DNA of 64,000 nucleotides from Pocillopora damicornis (GCF_003704095.1 NW_020847620.1:62001-126000), one strand, 5' to 3'; positions 36,988 to 50,122 are shown, counted from the stretch's first letter. Notes: generated by a model from the sequence alone, not told the origin. Numbers and translations: made by a program.

Positions 36988-39900
36988 TCAGTTGTTTTCG
37001 TCTGAATTGTGAGGACAAATAATACCTCCCTTCAGGTCATCAAAGTTGATGTGACCCCAACGACGATCCCTCTCATCAACTAGTCTGACTTGGGCGTATT
37101 GACCAATGAATTCTTTTACGTCCCAGCTCTTACGGTACATTGTCTCGCTACAACTGCCTGTTTCTTTTCTGACAACCTATATGTAACAGCAAACATATCA
37201 AACAGTTTTAAACCTTTGTTTTGATGAATGCCGACATATTTATAATGATTATTTCAAATAAGGAGCAGACGCTTTTTTAATGAAACAATATATTACGGCA
37301 TTAAATGTGCTGATTGCTCTGCACCTAAGAAAAAAAAACATTTGTTTCAACGTTGTATAAGCCAAAGACAACTAAAATGCGCCAGACGCGAGGTTGGTTC
37401 CCTCTTGGAACCTCTCTCGAGGAAACTCAAAATGAGCCATCGAAAAGGCAAAAATATATTTAAAAAGTAAAAACCAAACGTTTTCGGCACTAGCTATAGA
37501 TCGTTTTTAGGTTCACTATCATTTACTCTGATGATGACCAAGAGTCGAAAACATTTGGCTTTTTTTTTTAAATATGTTTTTTCCTTGTAAATAGCTTATT
37601 GTAAAAATAAACGAATCTCATGGATATCACGAACCTCAAAATAGTTTCGCAATTTTGAAAGACCAAATATCTGATACGTTTATAAATCTACCTAGGTTGT
37701 TTCAAAAGAATCAAAGGAAACATAATGGTCAAAGTGATAATCTCACCTGGTTGTCGACAATAAGCTCCGCACGGATATCACTTATGGTACATCCTCCACC
37801 GATGAGAAACGAGATATCTCTGCCAGCGATACGGAAACAAGGAGAAATTAGAGTTCCCTGGGGTAGATCGGCACCACCTGGGTGCAAGTGTCCTGCTGGA
37901 TCGCTCTCGCTGGGTCGTTTCTCTATCCCCCCTATCCACCAGTCCCCTTGCTGATTGGCGCTATCTCTATTGCGTGCCACTGGATTGTCACCAAATGTTG
38001 GCTGGTAAATGAAAGCTGTGCCTGTCATTTCCCATGCGCCGATTCCATCTTCAAAGTCAAAGCTGCAAGCTAGTGAGAAAGAAAAAAGAGGAAATTTTTA
38101 TCCCGCAGAATACTCTATGACTATCATTCGATATCATAAATTCCCCTTTACAGTTCTGTATCTACCTTTATTGCAGTGTGCGCCAGTGAACCCTGAAGGA
38201 CATTTGCAGCGAAACCCTTTATCAGTGTATCCAGCTTGACACGTGCCATTGTTTGAACATGGATTGCTGCTGCAGGGATTCTGTTTAAAGACAAAATGGA
38301 TTATCCCTTATTTTGTTATCATCCTTGGACTTTCGAGATTCTTAAAGAGTCAAATCATACCAATACCAAGCATATGCCTTCCAATCATCGTACCCGATAG
38401 AAAACCGTTATAATCCTTTTCTCCTAATCCCTTGCGCGAGTAATTTCAGATGGGAATTACTGGATAATTTGTTGTTAATGCTGATGTTTGGAGCGTTAGT
38501 CTTTCGTAAAAGCATTGCAAATGTGTGAATTTTTTGCCCTTTGCTCTCACGATGTACTTACGCTACAACCGTCAGCTCTAGAGGGAAATTTATCTTGTAT
38601 TACCAGGCCTCCTCCTCCACCGACACAGCACCACAGTTTATTGAGAAACTTACTCACTTTAAAAGAAGGAAACAGCTGACTATCGGAAACAGCTGAAATC
38701 GCCCATCTTACCTCAATAGCGAGATAAATGTGACCATTTTTACTTTGTGGAACAAGCGGGCTTTGGTCTCCCTCCGAAGAATGATCCTGATTCAATTCGC
38801 AGGTGAAGTTTCCTCCCACCTTGGGTCCAAAGTTCATGGACACACAGCTAGGTTCCATATGACACATTTCATTACAGCTCCCCTGATGTGAAACCTCTTC
38901 AGTTCTGATGACATTGCCCTCTATGACTTTGTTGTGTATTGGTGTTTGGAAAATAATGGTGCGACATTCGTCATCTGTTTAAGCATTGAATATCTGGTTT
39001 ATATTCACAGTTGAATATATGTCACTTGTCAAGGGGAAGGTCGTCCTAGATAGAACTATATCCCAAGCCTCGAGCACCAGAGGGCACAACTTTTCTCTTT
39101 AAGAATCGATCTTGGTAGATAACGTTTTTATTTTGTCTAATTGTAGGTGTTTTTTTTTTGTTCGTTGCGTGGAGATGTTTTGTAGAGACGTAAATGTAGT
39201 GATATTTCGTCAGACTATTGTCTTCTATAAACAGTTAAAATCGTTCTATTAATATGAATATGATCTGACGCAGATCTAGTAATATTTTGTCATCTGACAA
39301 TAATTTAGAAAATGTAAGATAAGGAAATTAATTCTAAGACAAAAGAAAACTTAAAAAGCATTTCTACCCACTTATCAGCAAGCATCTTCGCCATTTGCCA
39401 AATATAGCGAAATCAAGAATTTTTCCCCTTCAAATTCTCTATGTTTACGTCAAAAATTGATTTTACTTTAAGTCCCTCGTACTTCCTATTCTAATCCATT
39501 ATCTTCTTTTTTTCCAAAGAAGTAAGTAACCATTTGGTGGCATTTGAAGCACATTTTTGATGCTTTAGAATCAATTTACCTGAACAAAACCCTCCAGCTC
39601 TCGTGACTCCTTCTTTGCAGGTGCAGCCATAAGAGTGATCAGTCTTTATGCACCTCGCATTTACACCACATACTTTGCTGTCATTAGTGCACCGGTTAAT
39701 ATCTTCAAAGGAAAGTTGTCAGGTCAGGAAACATTTATCGCCAGGGAGGAGGTGGGGGGTAAGTGGGGGTGTGGGATCATTNNNNNNNNNNNNNNNNNNN
39801 NNNNNNNNNNNNNNNNNNNNNNNNNNNNNNNNNNNNNNNNNNNNNNNNNNNNNNNNNNNNNNNNNNNNNNNNNNNNNNNNNTACCGTCCACCTTTTACTG

Positions 39901-41609
39901 GATTAAGAATAGCTGAGTCATGTTACCTTTACCTACACACCGGTAGCCTTTATCCGTGAAGCCATTTTGACAAGACTGATGAAGAAGGCAGGGATTCTTC
40001 ACACAAGCGTTCTAAAAATTTAAAATACAACCATGCAGCAACCAACCAGTTTCTGGGAGGAATAGGCTCGAATCCCGTCTAAGCCTGATTTTTTTTCCCC
40101 CACAGGTTTCTACTCTGCAATCGCTTAGATCTTAGCTAACCTGCGATGACCACTGCTTTGTTCGAATTCGAAGTACTTGTTTGTCATGTGTTCACTCCAT
40201 TTGTTATAACAAATTACTGAGGTCTTACGCTGAGCTTCGCAAATTTCCTAACATGGCCTGTAAAGTGCTCTAAAGTCCGGCAAGCTACATACGATACGAT
40301 GCATACGAATGGATAGAAAGAAGTCTATGCTAAAGTGAAAAATATGAGAAAAAAACATATATATATATTACATGCCTAATGATAGCAAACGCGCTATATA
40401 TTGATTCCATTATATCATATCGAACGCGTTCAATAAATTTACTATGCAAAATAAGGCTGGAAAAAAATTGTTTCCAATCTTGCTTGTTAAACTAACCTCA
40501 GTCGAGTGATAGGTGAAGCCATCTCTTGGCTTGAGCGCCTCAGAGTGCATCTCATGATCAGAATCACTCAGTTCACACAAGTAAGCTCCATTGTTTCCCG
40601 AGGGACCAATATTGAGAGAAACACAGTTGTGTTCCTGAAAGCACCTCGCTTTACAGTCACTTTCTCTTTGTACCTCGAAGCTCTTGATAACGAAACCTTG
40701 CAAAGAAAAATCTTTCAAATCCGGCTTAAATTCCAGAATACGACAATCACCTGCAAAGATTCGCGAATTTTGATATTTTTCACACTCCCATATTTTCATG
40801 AAAAATAAAAAAAAAACAAAACAAAACAGAACAAATCAAAGCAAAAGAAAGCAAAACAAACCAAACTAGTAATATATCTATATAAACAAAACATAAATGA
40901 AAAAAAATTAAAAAATACACAAACAATAGCCAAAAATTAAGTGATTTGTAGTGGCTCTGTCAAGCTGTGGAAGTATATAAAATCGGGGCACATGTTCATT
41001 ACATTTTTATCTCACGCTAATCAATACTTTTGAAGATTGACCGTCGCAATTTCAAACTTTACATCTTCAAACACACACACACACATACAAAAAAAAAAAA
41101 CCCAAATGCATTCTCTACATGATTTTTAACCGAAGAAGCAATGTGTATACCCTCAATATCAAGAAAATAATGAAAACGTAAAAGCAAGAAAAAGAAAGTA
41201 GAAGTGGTAATAGCTTGATATGTGACTGCAACTGTTAAAACTAAGGGCAGTTAAGTTATGAGTTTCTTTTCCTGAAACGAGTGAAAGTTCTTGTTTGTGG
41301 AAAGGACACGTGCGTCATCATAGATTATCTTCTGTTGACGATCTCTGCTTCCACAGCGATGATATTCAGTGTTAAAATATCTGTACAAAGCTAATCCCTA
41401 ACTGATGTCAAACATTTCCCATGATTAAAGCCGGGTTCTCTGCGAAAACAACTCCTAAAACTCCGATTACCTAACGTGTATAGATACGAATTTAAGCTGT
41501 ATTTCGACTCAACACACAAGTTGGTTAAATATTTGAAGTACATCATACCGTCTTGAGCTACAGTCTTTATGCAAAAGTATAGCTGTAGAATAAAAATGAG
41601 GCGACACAT
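36988..41609 (-). CDS. Secreted mosaic protein: SP-PAN-EGF(partial)-cbEGF-like-PAN-EGF-CBM38-like module, about 468 aa (copy 3, apparently intact)
   Basis: Exons 41609-41549, 40750-40497, 40011-39933, 39702-39580, 38974-38712, 38280-38166, 38069-37747, 37176-36988. Total 1407 nt, phases consistent, no stops; the gap at 39782-39881 could hide more. C-terminus: [17 protein letters not shown]...[10 protein letters not shown]...ISFLIGGG...[34 protein letters not shown]...WGHINFDD. Confidence 0.85.
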
Positions 41610-42999
41610 CTTGAGAAAGAAAGCATGTGGACCAGTCTTGAGAACAATTCTACCTGCTTAATTCAAAGACTTTGTTTTAAAACACTTTCTCTTCGTATCA
41701 AATTGCATTTTCATTTACCAATGAAAAAATGCTGCTATAGTGACAAACTACCATACACAATAGATTAATAAGATGGTGGTGTCCTCTAAATATGCAATAT
41801 GTGTTACAACATTTACTTTTTGATTTAGTTTGTTGAAATATGAATATAAAAATTGTATTACCTTGGCACTGGCTATAAATAAGAAATGGTCTCTCCAGTG
41901 AAATCCCTGTTGGAGCTCTTCGCTCTTTTGTGCGATATATCAGGAGGTTTTCCCCAAATCTAATTTGATCTAATTTGTTTTTAGCGCATGAGTTTTACCA
42001 CATGGTTTGCAAACATGACAAAAAGGATGACAACTACTAAAAGATTAAATATTGCAATGGTTTCACTTTGATCATGAATAACAATTAAATGAAAATAGCA
42101 GGTTACAATAAAGTCGCGCTTAGTAAATCTGTCCTTATAGGAATTCGTACCATTTCGCTCATATCTCTATTACAAGTACTTGTCAGTCTAAATCTGTGAT
42201 GGCGAAAAAAAAACAATTCTTCACAAAAGACGTGGTGTATAACAGCTCAAACTTAAATAAACAAAGACGAAAGGCATAAACGTGTCTAAAATGGAGTTCT
42301 TATGTTTTACTTACATTTGTCTCGTACAGGTTATACTTTACTGCCATGCTGCAAACTGTGTTAGTAGGCAGTATGGTCTATTTTATGATGAGGATGTACT
42401 GGAGAAAGGACAAATCCATCCAGAAACGATAATTTTGAAACGTTGCAGAGTCGAATTTTTCTGAGGTTTGCAAAACAGCCAGTTTTCTAAAGGCAGTGGC
42501 GTGCGTCTTTTTCTTAATGCGTTTTATATTGTTACGGTGCGATTTAATCGACAGAAAGAACACAACAATCCTACAAACTCAACTTCTTTATTAGAAAAAC
42601 GAGTTATATTCTCAATAAGGAGGGACTCTTAAAGGCAGCACAATAACTCCTCCTCTTTAAAATCTTTTCTTAAGGATTCTCATATTTTAAGCATTTCGGT
42701 ATTTTTCTCTCAGATTTACCAGGACTCGAAGCTGAATGGTTCTTTTCACCTGGTGCTGGGGCTTGCCTCAAATTTCAACTTGACATCTGACGCAAGTTAT
42801 GATTGGTTTGTGTGTTTTCCGATACGCGAATTTGTTGTCTATGGGCACATACTGTCGTTCAGAGTATTTCTTTCCAAAATCTAAAATAATCGTGGTAAAT
42901 ATACAAAATTTTCTTTATTTTTCGTGTTATTAGAGAGAAATATTTATAAAAAAAAATTTAGTGAAAGTAGTTTCGATTATTCTTTATTCAACATCTAGC

Positions 43000-43196
43000 A
43001 TGTGGTATCTGCTTTCCTAGACTGCGTGGAATAAGTGGGAAAATGCCAAAACCCACGCATTGATAGAATGGTCAACGTTAGGTTCTGCCATGATCGTTTT
43101 CATTGAGCGGTGGTTCACTTATTGTAGTGAACTGGGTACTTACCGCTGCCCACTGCGTTTACGAATTCTTAGATCCAAGTTGGAGAAGGAAAAAGT
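43000..43196 (+). pseudogene. Trypsin-like serine protease relic
   Basis: GGSLIVVNWVLTAAHCV (catalytic His motif), preceded by a decayed CG...R-ISG activation region with frameshifts and stops. No Asp or Ser exons found downstream. Confidence 0.65.
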
Positions 43197-43947
43197 GGTA
43201 CCTGGTGACGTGCTTTTTTATATCGTTTGAAATATTGAGAATGTTTTCCTACGTATGCAGTTTGCTACGCATCATTTCTACATCATTTCTGCTCTTGTTC
43301 TTGTCTGTTTTTCGTCATTGTTTTCAAGCTACCGTCTAATAAGGCAGTCGTCATTGCATCTCGCTTTATTGTTTTGCAAGACGGAAAATCTTCCTGATAA
43401 CGCGTATAATGTAAAAAAACAAAACAAAACAAAACAAACACGTTGTTTGATATCGTTTCATTAACGAAAAGTCCACGGAGACGTCCACCACAGGGCGACA
43501 TATTGAAATGTTACATAATGAGTTGAATGATTTTGATTGCTTCCTATATATGTTATAATAGAGGACAGACGCATAGATGACGTCACCGCTACAACATTTT
43601 GCCTTTTTTGTAACAATAAACAGATAGATTCTATGTTGCAGTGGGTCTGTACCATACATCTTCGAACACCTGTTAGCCACTGGTTAGTTTCTTTTATTTT
43701 AAAGAATCATTTATCCACAACAATTCAATTGATCGACTCGTTCGTTTATTGTTTCATTCATAAGTTGATCTTTAATTATTCCCCAATTGGCTTTTCTTCG
43801 ACTCGTTCTGTTAAGTACCTGCGTTCCGAGTATCCCTAGAAACGAACAAAAGGAGTTCTGTGAGCTTAGATAAAGACAATTGTGCTTAATAGACGTCGGT
43901 TCACTTTCGCCAAATCAGTTCCAAATTCTTTAAATCATATTTGTTCT

Positions 43948-44046
43948 TTCAAATTCATATTTATACCTTCAAATCCATATTTATACCTTCAAATCCATAT
44001 TTATACCTTCAAATCCATATTTATACCTTCAAATCCATATTTATAC
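43948..44046. repeat. 20-bp minisatellite x5 (TTCAAATCCATATTTATACC)
   Basis: Five near-perfect tandem units. Confidence 0.95.
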
Positions 44047-46148
44047 ACATCTGCAGGACCACCTCAATGTATTGTTATCTGTATAGTATCTGTTACATAT
44101 TTTGCGTTTGCCTTTGAAACAACCGAGACGTCCTGAAAAGATTTTCGAAAGAAAGAAAACGAATGAATCAAAACAAATTAAACGAAGCAAAAAAGAACAT
44201 AAGCAAAAACAAACAAACAAAAGCAAAAAAAAAAAACAAAACAAAAAAGCAAACAAAAGCGGAAATAAAAAACAAAACAGAACAGATGCATGCAATTTAA
44301 TCTGTCTTTACACTTTACTTACGAGCTCGATATCTATATCTATATGGCCTCGGGTCTTCCAATTCTAGAGGAAAAAGTAATAAAATATCTGTTTGTAAAA
44401 ATAATATTTCATGTTTCGGGACGAGGAGTGGAAAGATGGAGAGGTGGTGATGGAGTAGTTGTGTTTGCCTGAGACTAAAAACGGATTGTGAAACTTAAAT
44501 TAACCATTAACCGTTCAGCTATATCCACTAAAGCTTGAGTATGTTTTAAACCCAATGAAAACGTTTCTCTTCAAAGAAGCTTCTTAAAGCGACGTTTGTT
44601 GAGTTCATAGTTAGCCAATCTAAAGAAAAAAGTTAGTGACTACTTGAAGCTATGGAAAACACACTTTATCAGTACTATTCCTGATGATATGAATGCAGTA
44701 TTACTTTACACAGAATTTATTTTAAAAGGGGTCCGTCGTGGAATTTAGTGCACCCTTATATATTTTTTTTTCTGGGAGGAGGGGAGGTCTAACTTGTTTG
44801 TTATTCGAGACAGATCAGAGAAATCTCATCAAAGTAAAATTGCAAAATTTTCTTAGTAATAAAAATCATGTTGATTCTTACCAGTTTTTATGAAGTTATC
44901 TCTGAGTTCCTCTTCCGGATCTTCCAATGGGGAAAAAATTGATGATTATGAACAACCAAACAGAATTAAAAAAGGCAGAAAACTCACAAAATCATGTTTT
45001 AGATAAAGTTTCAATTTCGTAAAAATTAAGCGGGTCATTAATTAACTTTTACTTGAAGTCCATGTGCGCGTTTATTCGTTGTATGTCCAATCGTAAAATG
45101 CCACATCATTGACAACACAATATTTAACACTATAATCACGTTACTCAGTAATAGTACAACAACAATACATATCATCAGCAACAATAGATTTCTAGCAACT
45201 ATACGGTCGAATTCCATTTTGTAAGGGGTCGATATTTATTGGAGGATTTTGTTTGTGTCAATATAACCCATTTACCTAATCCCCTTATAAGGCTCTGTAA
45301 TATTATTCTGATCTCCTTTCATTGGCAGTTCATCGGCAGTCAATTTCCTTTGGCACTCCCTTTATATTGTGTTGGCGAAGATTGACCTCGTCCGTTCTGA
45401 AAGCATGTGATCCCCTACAAAATAAGACGGTCCCCCGCGTTCCCCCTGGCGTAAATCGTGACTGTTTCCCTTAAATGGTCTCCTCCAGTCTCAATCACTT
45501 GCAAGTTATAAATGGATATAAGTGCTTTCCATTTTTATAATTAAGCTTATGCTCTCTGGCTCAAACGGAGAATGTGATGAAACGAGAAGTATCTTAAAAC
45601 CCAGCCGGAGCATCAGCAACCATTTTTTCTTTCATCTTACTTCTTATCTTCCCAAAAATAGCCATGAACAGGTCATTCAAAAGATGGTTTATGCGTCGAA
45701 AAACATACGATATTGGTGACTTGAAAAAAATGTTTGCCATCATTATTATCGTTACTTTTATTGTTGTAGTCTTTGTTATCTTCTGATTCCTGCACAGATG
45801 CGGAAAATTAATCTCAATGCATGTTTTGCCATTGGGATTAGCTACTTTTTTCAATGCAGCGAAGCGTTATGAAAAAGCCCTGGGAAAGAAACTCAGTAGT
45901 GCAAATTAAAATGGTAAAACAACCACCGGAAACTTTTAGGAGAGATCGTTGTGGGCGTTGCACTCGCTGACGACATGTAACAAGTCGAAGTTAGATTTAC
46001 TAGAAAAGGTCAAGTATTTTGACAAAACAATTTGTTTCATGCTGTGAAATAGAAACTAACCTCTTAATTTCCCATCCTCCCTCTCAAAGTAGGTCTTCGC
46101 AAAGACGATGGAGAACAAAACAAGAAGAAAGCCAAGTTTCAGATACAT
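44041..46148 (-). CDS. Secreted prepropeptide, 86 aa: signal peptide + acidic propeptide + cationic 4-Cys peptide (candidate antimicrobial peptide or toxin)
   Basis: Exons 46148-46061, 44920-44882, 44364-44323, 44132-44041, all with phase-1 GT-AG junctions, 261 nt. Protein: MYLKLGFLLVLFSIVFA-KTYFEREDGKLRDPEEELRDNFIKTELEDPRP-YRYRYRARRLGCFKGKRKICNRYYTDNNTLRWSCRCV*. TATA-like TATATAAA at ~46211-46218 (-). Confidence 0.72.
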
Positions 46149-49100
46149 TCTGCTGTCTCGGTCTACGTTTGTTCGTGCACGCCAATGGACAGAAACCCTA
46201 CAAAAACTTCTTTATATAACATCGAGCGGCTCTTAAAACTGAATAATGCAAATAAATTAAACCTGATATGGTGATGCTCTTGACCTTGTGTCCGTATTTG
46301 AACAACTGTAAGAGCCATGTTTTAGTTATCTTATCGATGTATCTGGCCACGTTCCACAAAGAGATAAGAAGAGCATAACTTCAAATATATAAAGTTATTC
46401 GTAAAATTTCCTAATGAAGCTGTTTCATCTGCTTTGGGGTTCAAAGAAGTGAATTTTATTACTTAAAAGAAATTAGGTCCGAGGTAATTTCTTAACTGAT
46501 TGAACAACTGATGGGGTCATTTAGTTATTCATTTGGCCAATATCTCTTAATATCCACATCGAGTGACGAATTCTTTTTCTTATTCAGAAGTTCCAGAAGC
46601 AACAATCAAAATTTTCCAACGATGAAGTTAAAATACTTTAATGAAAATTTAAAAGACGACGAACTAAAATAAGATGAAAGAAAAGAAAAAAGTTCCATGT
46701 GAATATCTAAACAAAAAGCATCATAATTAATGCTCGCTTAGAGGGACTGGGAAATTTGTGTTTTTGCAGAACAGCACTTTTCTTCACCATCTCTTGGCCG
46801 ATATAACTGATATAGGCTGCATAATCGAACGAGTATTGCAGCCAAATTTCGTTTTTGTAGCGACTGTTTACCCTTGAATTTAACAACATGGACCGAATGA
46901 TATCTCGCAATAGCAATAGTGATTTAAGTCCTGGAGTAACATTACAGCCATTGTGCGAGGTGTTACCAAATCAAACAGTTTCTTTTATATGAAATAATCA
47001 AAGATGAGATCTATTACAGGAAAACTGGAAGCAGGGAAAATTGAAATTTTTGGGTTGCTTTGCATTCATTTTAGTTCATCCATTTACTTATTTCTGAATT
47101 ATTTCTGAATCTACAACATTCCACATTCAATTTGTGGGACAATGTGCATAATTTATACCAAAATACGCGTCAGTTATATTCTAACTAATCCTTATGAAGG
47201 CTTAATGGTTGACATAGACAGATTTAAAAATATCGATTCATCTTTGCCTCCACACCCATTCATGCATACGGCTAAGCTTCTAAACCTTATATTGCTCTTA
47301 ATGTGCTCAGCAAATGAATTGGATCATGTTGTGATCAGGTTAGGTCTACCGAAAGAATGAAACGTGCAAAATCAATTCATGAATGAAGAGGACACCCAAC
47401 ATGCAAGTTTTAGCATGCAAATAATGATGTCTTTGGTGCCGATTTGGTTTCAATCTAATGCACGAGCATTTTTTGTCGATGTTAGATTATCATCTCTTCA
47501 AGTATTGGAACGTCATGCCTTAGTTAATACACTTTGTATGCTCAGTGGCTCGCGAAAAATAATTACGATATTCTGTTTAATAAACATGACCTAGCTACCA
47601 TCTAAGGTTAGTGTTTCAAATCATATGTGAAGTGATACAATAGGAAGATATGTCATGGTAGACAAAGGGCAAAAAGATTTTTATTTATTTATGACTCGTA
47701 AATACGTTGAAAAATAAAGATATCGATGAATATCAATTTTGTTGTTGTTGTTGTTGTTGTTTCTTTTCAAAGGGTCACGTTTACTTTCCAGCTTCATGTA
47801 AATCCGAGAATGTTTCAAATTAAAAAAAAAAAAAAATTAAAAAATGCCATCAAAAACTGCATGGCGACCAAAAAAAGAACAAAAAAGAACAAAAAAACAG
47901 AAACAGTAACAACAAAAAAATGTGATTGTCTTTTAGTAACATAATTGTTTATAATATCACTATGTGAACTGATACAGTAGGCAAGGGTGTCACGGAAAAA
48001 AATAATATAAAAGGATTCATTTCAAAATTTTGAAAAGAAGAGTGTTTTAAAATCCATTCTTTTCCAACTCCTTCATCCCAGCAGATCATTCACATGAAAA
48101 TGTGTTCCTTTTCCTCGCACATTCGTGATAGATTCAGCCCTTTCTTACATATTCATCATAGAGTACTGGATATCTTTAACCTACACAAAGGCTAATATTG
48201 TAATTTAGAAAGATTGTATCGGAAATTTAATTCCGATGAAATCACGCACGCCCAAGTAGGGTGTATAATATTGTTTGCGGCAGATAAACAAGATATATAG
48301 GTAGATTTGGGATTAAAATTAGTTTCATGCCTTTGCAGTTTTCTTGTATCATTGTCCTTTGTGCAACAGTTTAAGGTTTTTTTTAAAGAAATAAATAAAG
48401 GAATAAATAACAAATCATGAGGGATTCAGTTACTGATGAAATTTAGTAAACATCTGATCTCCCCCCCCCCCCCAAAAAAAGATCCTTTGTACCTGTATTT
48501 TACACGTTCGTGTTCTATAACAGTGTGCTGATTCTATAGCTCTTTTCAATTGGTGCTATGCATTACTTTTAAACCCACAGGATCATCGAAGCTCACGCAA
48601 TGCCCTAGAATATTTATTCTTTAGATTAATGTACTCTTAAGGGTTGCGTAAAACGGAGCTACTGACAAACATTAACTTTCGTAATTTGGCTTCTCGGTGA
48701 CTCTCCAGGGTACGGAAATTTTCATTAACGGATAAATATAGACCACCTAAGATTAACAAAGGAGCGCTGTAACTAATTTTAGTTATGCTGACTTGCTTTT
48801 ACAGCTCGGTACATGTATATGTATGCCGATGGCAATAGCGTTGTTTCTGTGTTGTTGTTTTTATTGAGTGCCTTAATATTTGAGTCTAAGATGTAACCCA
48901 CTACTTCGTTTTGCACTTTTAGAGTGCTTTATACTATGTAAATAGATTGAAATAAAATTTTCACGGCTCTTAAGGAATTAAAGCGAATCACCAAGGAACC
49001 AATAGACCATTGTTACCGCGACATATTCAAAAGTTACGGAAGAAAAATGAGCTGAAACGTTATTTCCCGTTCGTTATCTCACCAGATCTCATTTTCTTCC

Positions 49101-50059
49101 ACTACTGCTGTTGATGAACGTGAACCTGTGCTTTTGTACTTGCCTACCTTTAGGTTCTATGGATAAGTGCGGTGCCAAAATATCTGAACCAAGTGGACGT
49201 TCGAGAAAAATTCAAGAGACACTGTAATCCATGCACTTAGAATAATTCATATCAATCAGAAAAGACCTTGTGATTTAAAAGGAAAGTTGAACTAGTTGAA
49301 CTGGAAAAAAATAGCGACCGAAACACAACTATAACAAGAGATATCGGCCAATGTTTTGTTTCTCTTTATTTAATCAATAACATAATCAATTGACCAATCC
49401 TTTATCTTTTTTATTCTTTCATTATTTTATTTATTACTTTATTATTATGCTCCCAATTGCCTTTCAGTTGCCTTGCTCAGTTATGGCTGCAGTTGCTGTT
49501 ATTGCATAGAAAAAAAAAATCAAAAATTAATCATTGAGTTCATATAACACAACTGTACACATTATAAATCGTAAGTTCCAGCTTCGATCTGCCAATAAGG
49601 TTTCCAATTTTCTCAATCATCCTCGTGTTCTTACATAATCTTCCCTCACATTTATCCGCGCTAAGATGGCAAGGGAAACTAAAAGCATCAAACAATTGCC
49701 CTCACTTATACTGACATTTTGAGCTCGATAACAATTCCATTAAGTAAATAAAAAGGTATATATTAACATTGGTGACAGTAAGTGCTACATAATATATATG
49801 GATAAAGATTGATTACAAAGCGTCCCATTAGGTGGAAGGTATTCGCTGTTAAAAGCTTTAATGAAACTGATTTTCTGATGCTGGTATGAAATACTTCTTC
49901 GAACTGAATCACTGGGCCCATGAAACCTTACGTTTATCTTAATTTGTATGGTAAATTTTAGTAAATTGATATATGAATTCGCACCTTTCAACTGAGTCAT
50001 TTGGTCTACTTGTAATTCATTTATATTCATTTATAAATAAATGAATAAATAAATAAATA

Positions 50060-50064
<5 letters not shown>

Positions 50065-50116
<52 letters not shown>

Positions 50117-50122
50117 GTATAT
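50065..50122. repeat. (AT)n/(ATGT)n microsatellite
   Basis: Directly visible in the sequence. Confidence 0.95.

Noticed and set aside
42291-42464. Signal-peptide-like ORF MEFLCFTYICLVQVILYCHA as a separate gene
   Set aside because: It may be the old first exon of the protease relic, but I could not build an open spliced model, and its paralogue at 28841 is disrupted.
49080-49670. Further candidate micro-exons on the minus strand (e.g. DILAPHLSIEPK at ~49147-49183)
   Set aside because: Splice signals are plausible, but there is no similarity to family exons and no consistent chain to a stop codon.
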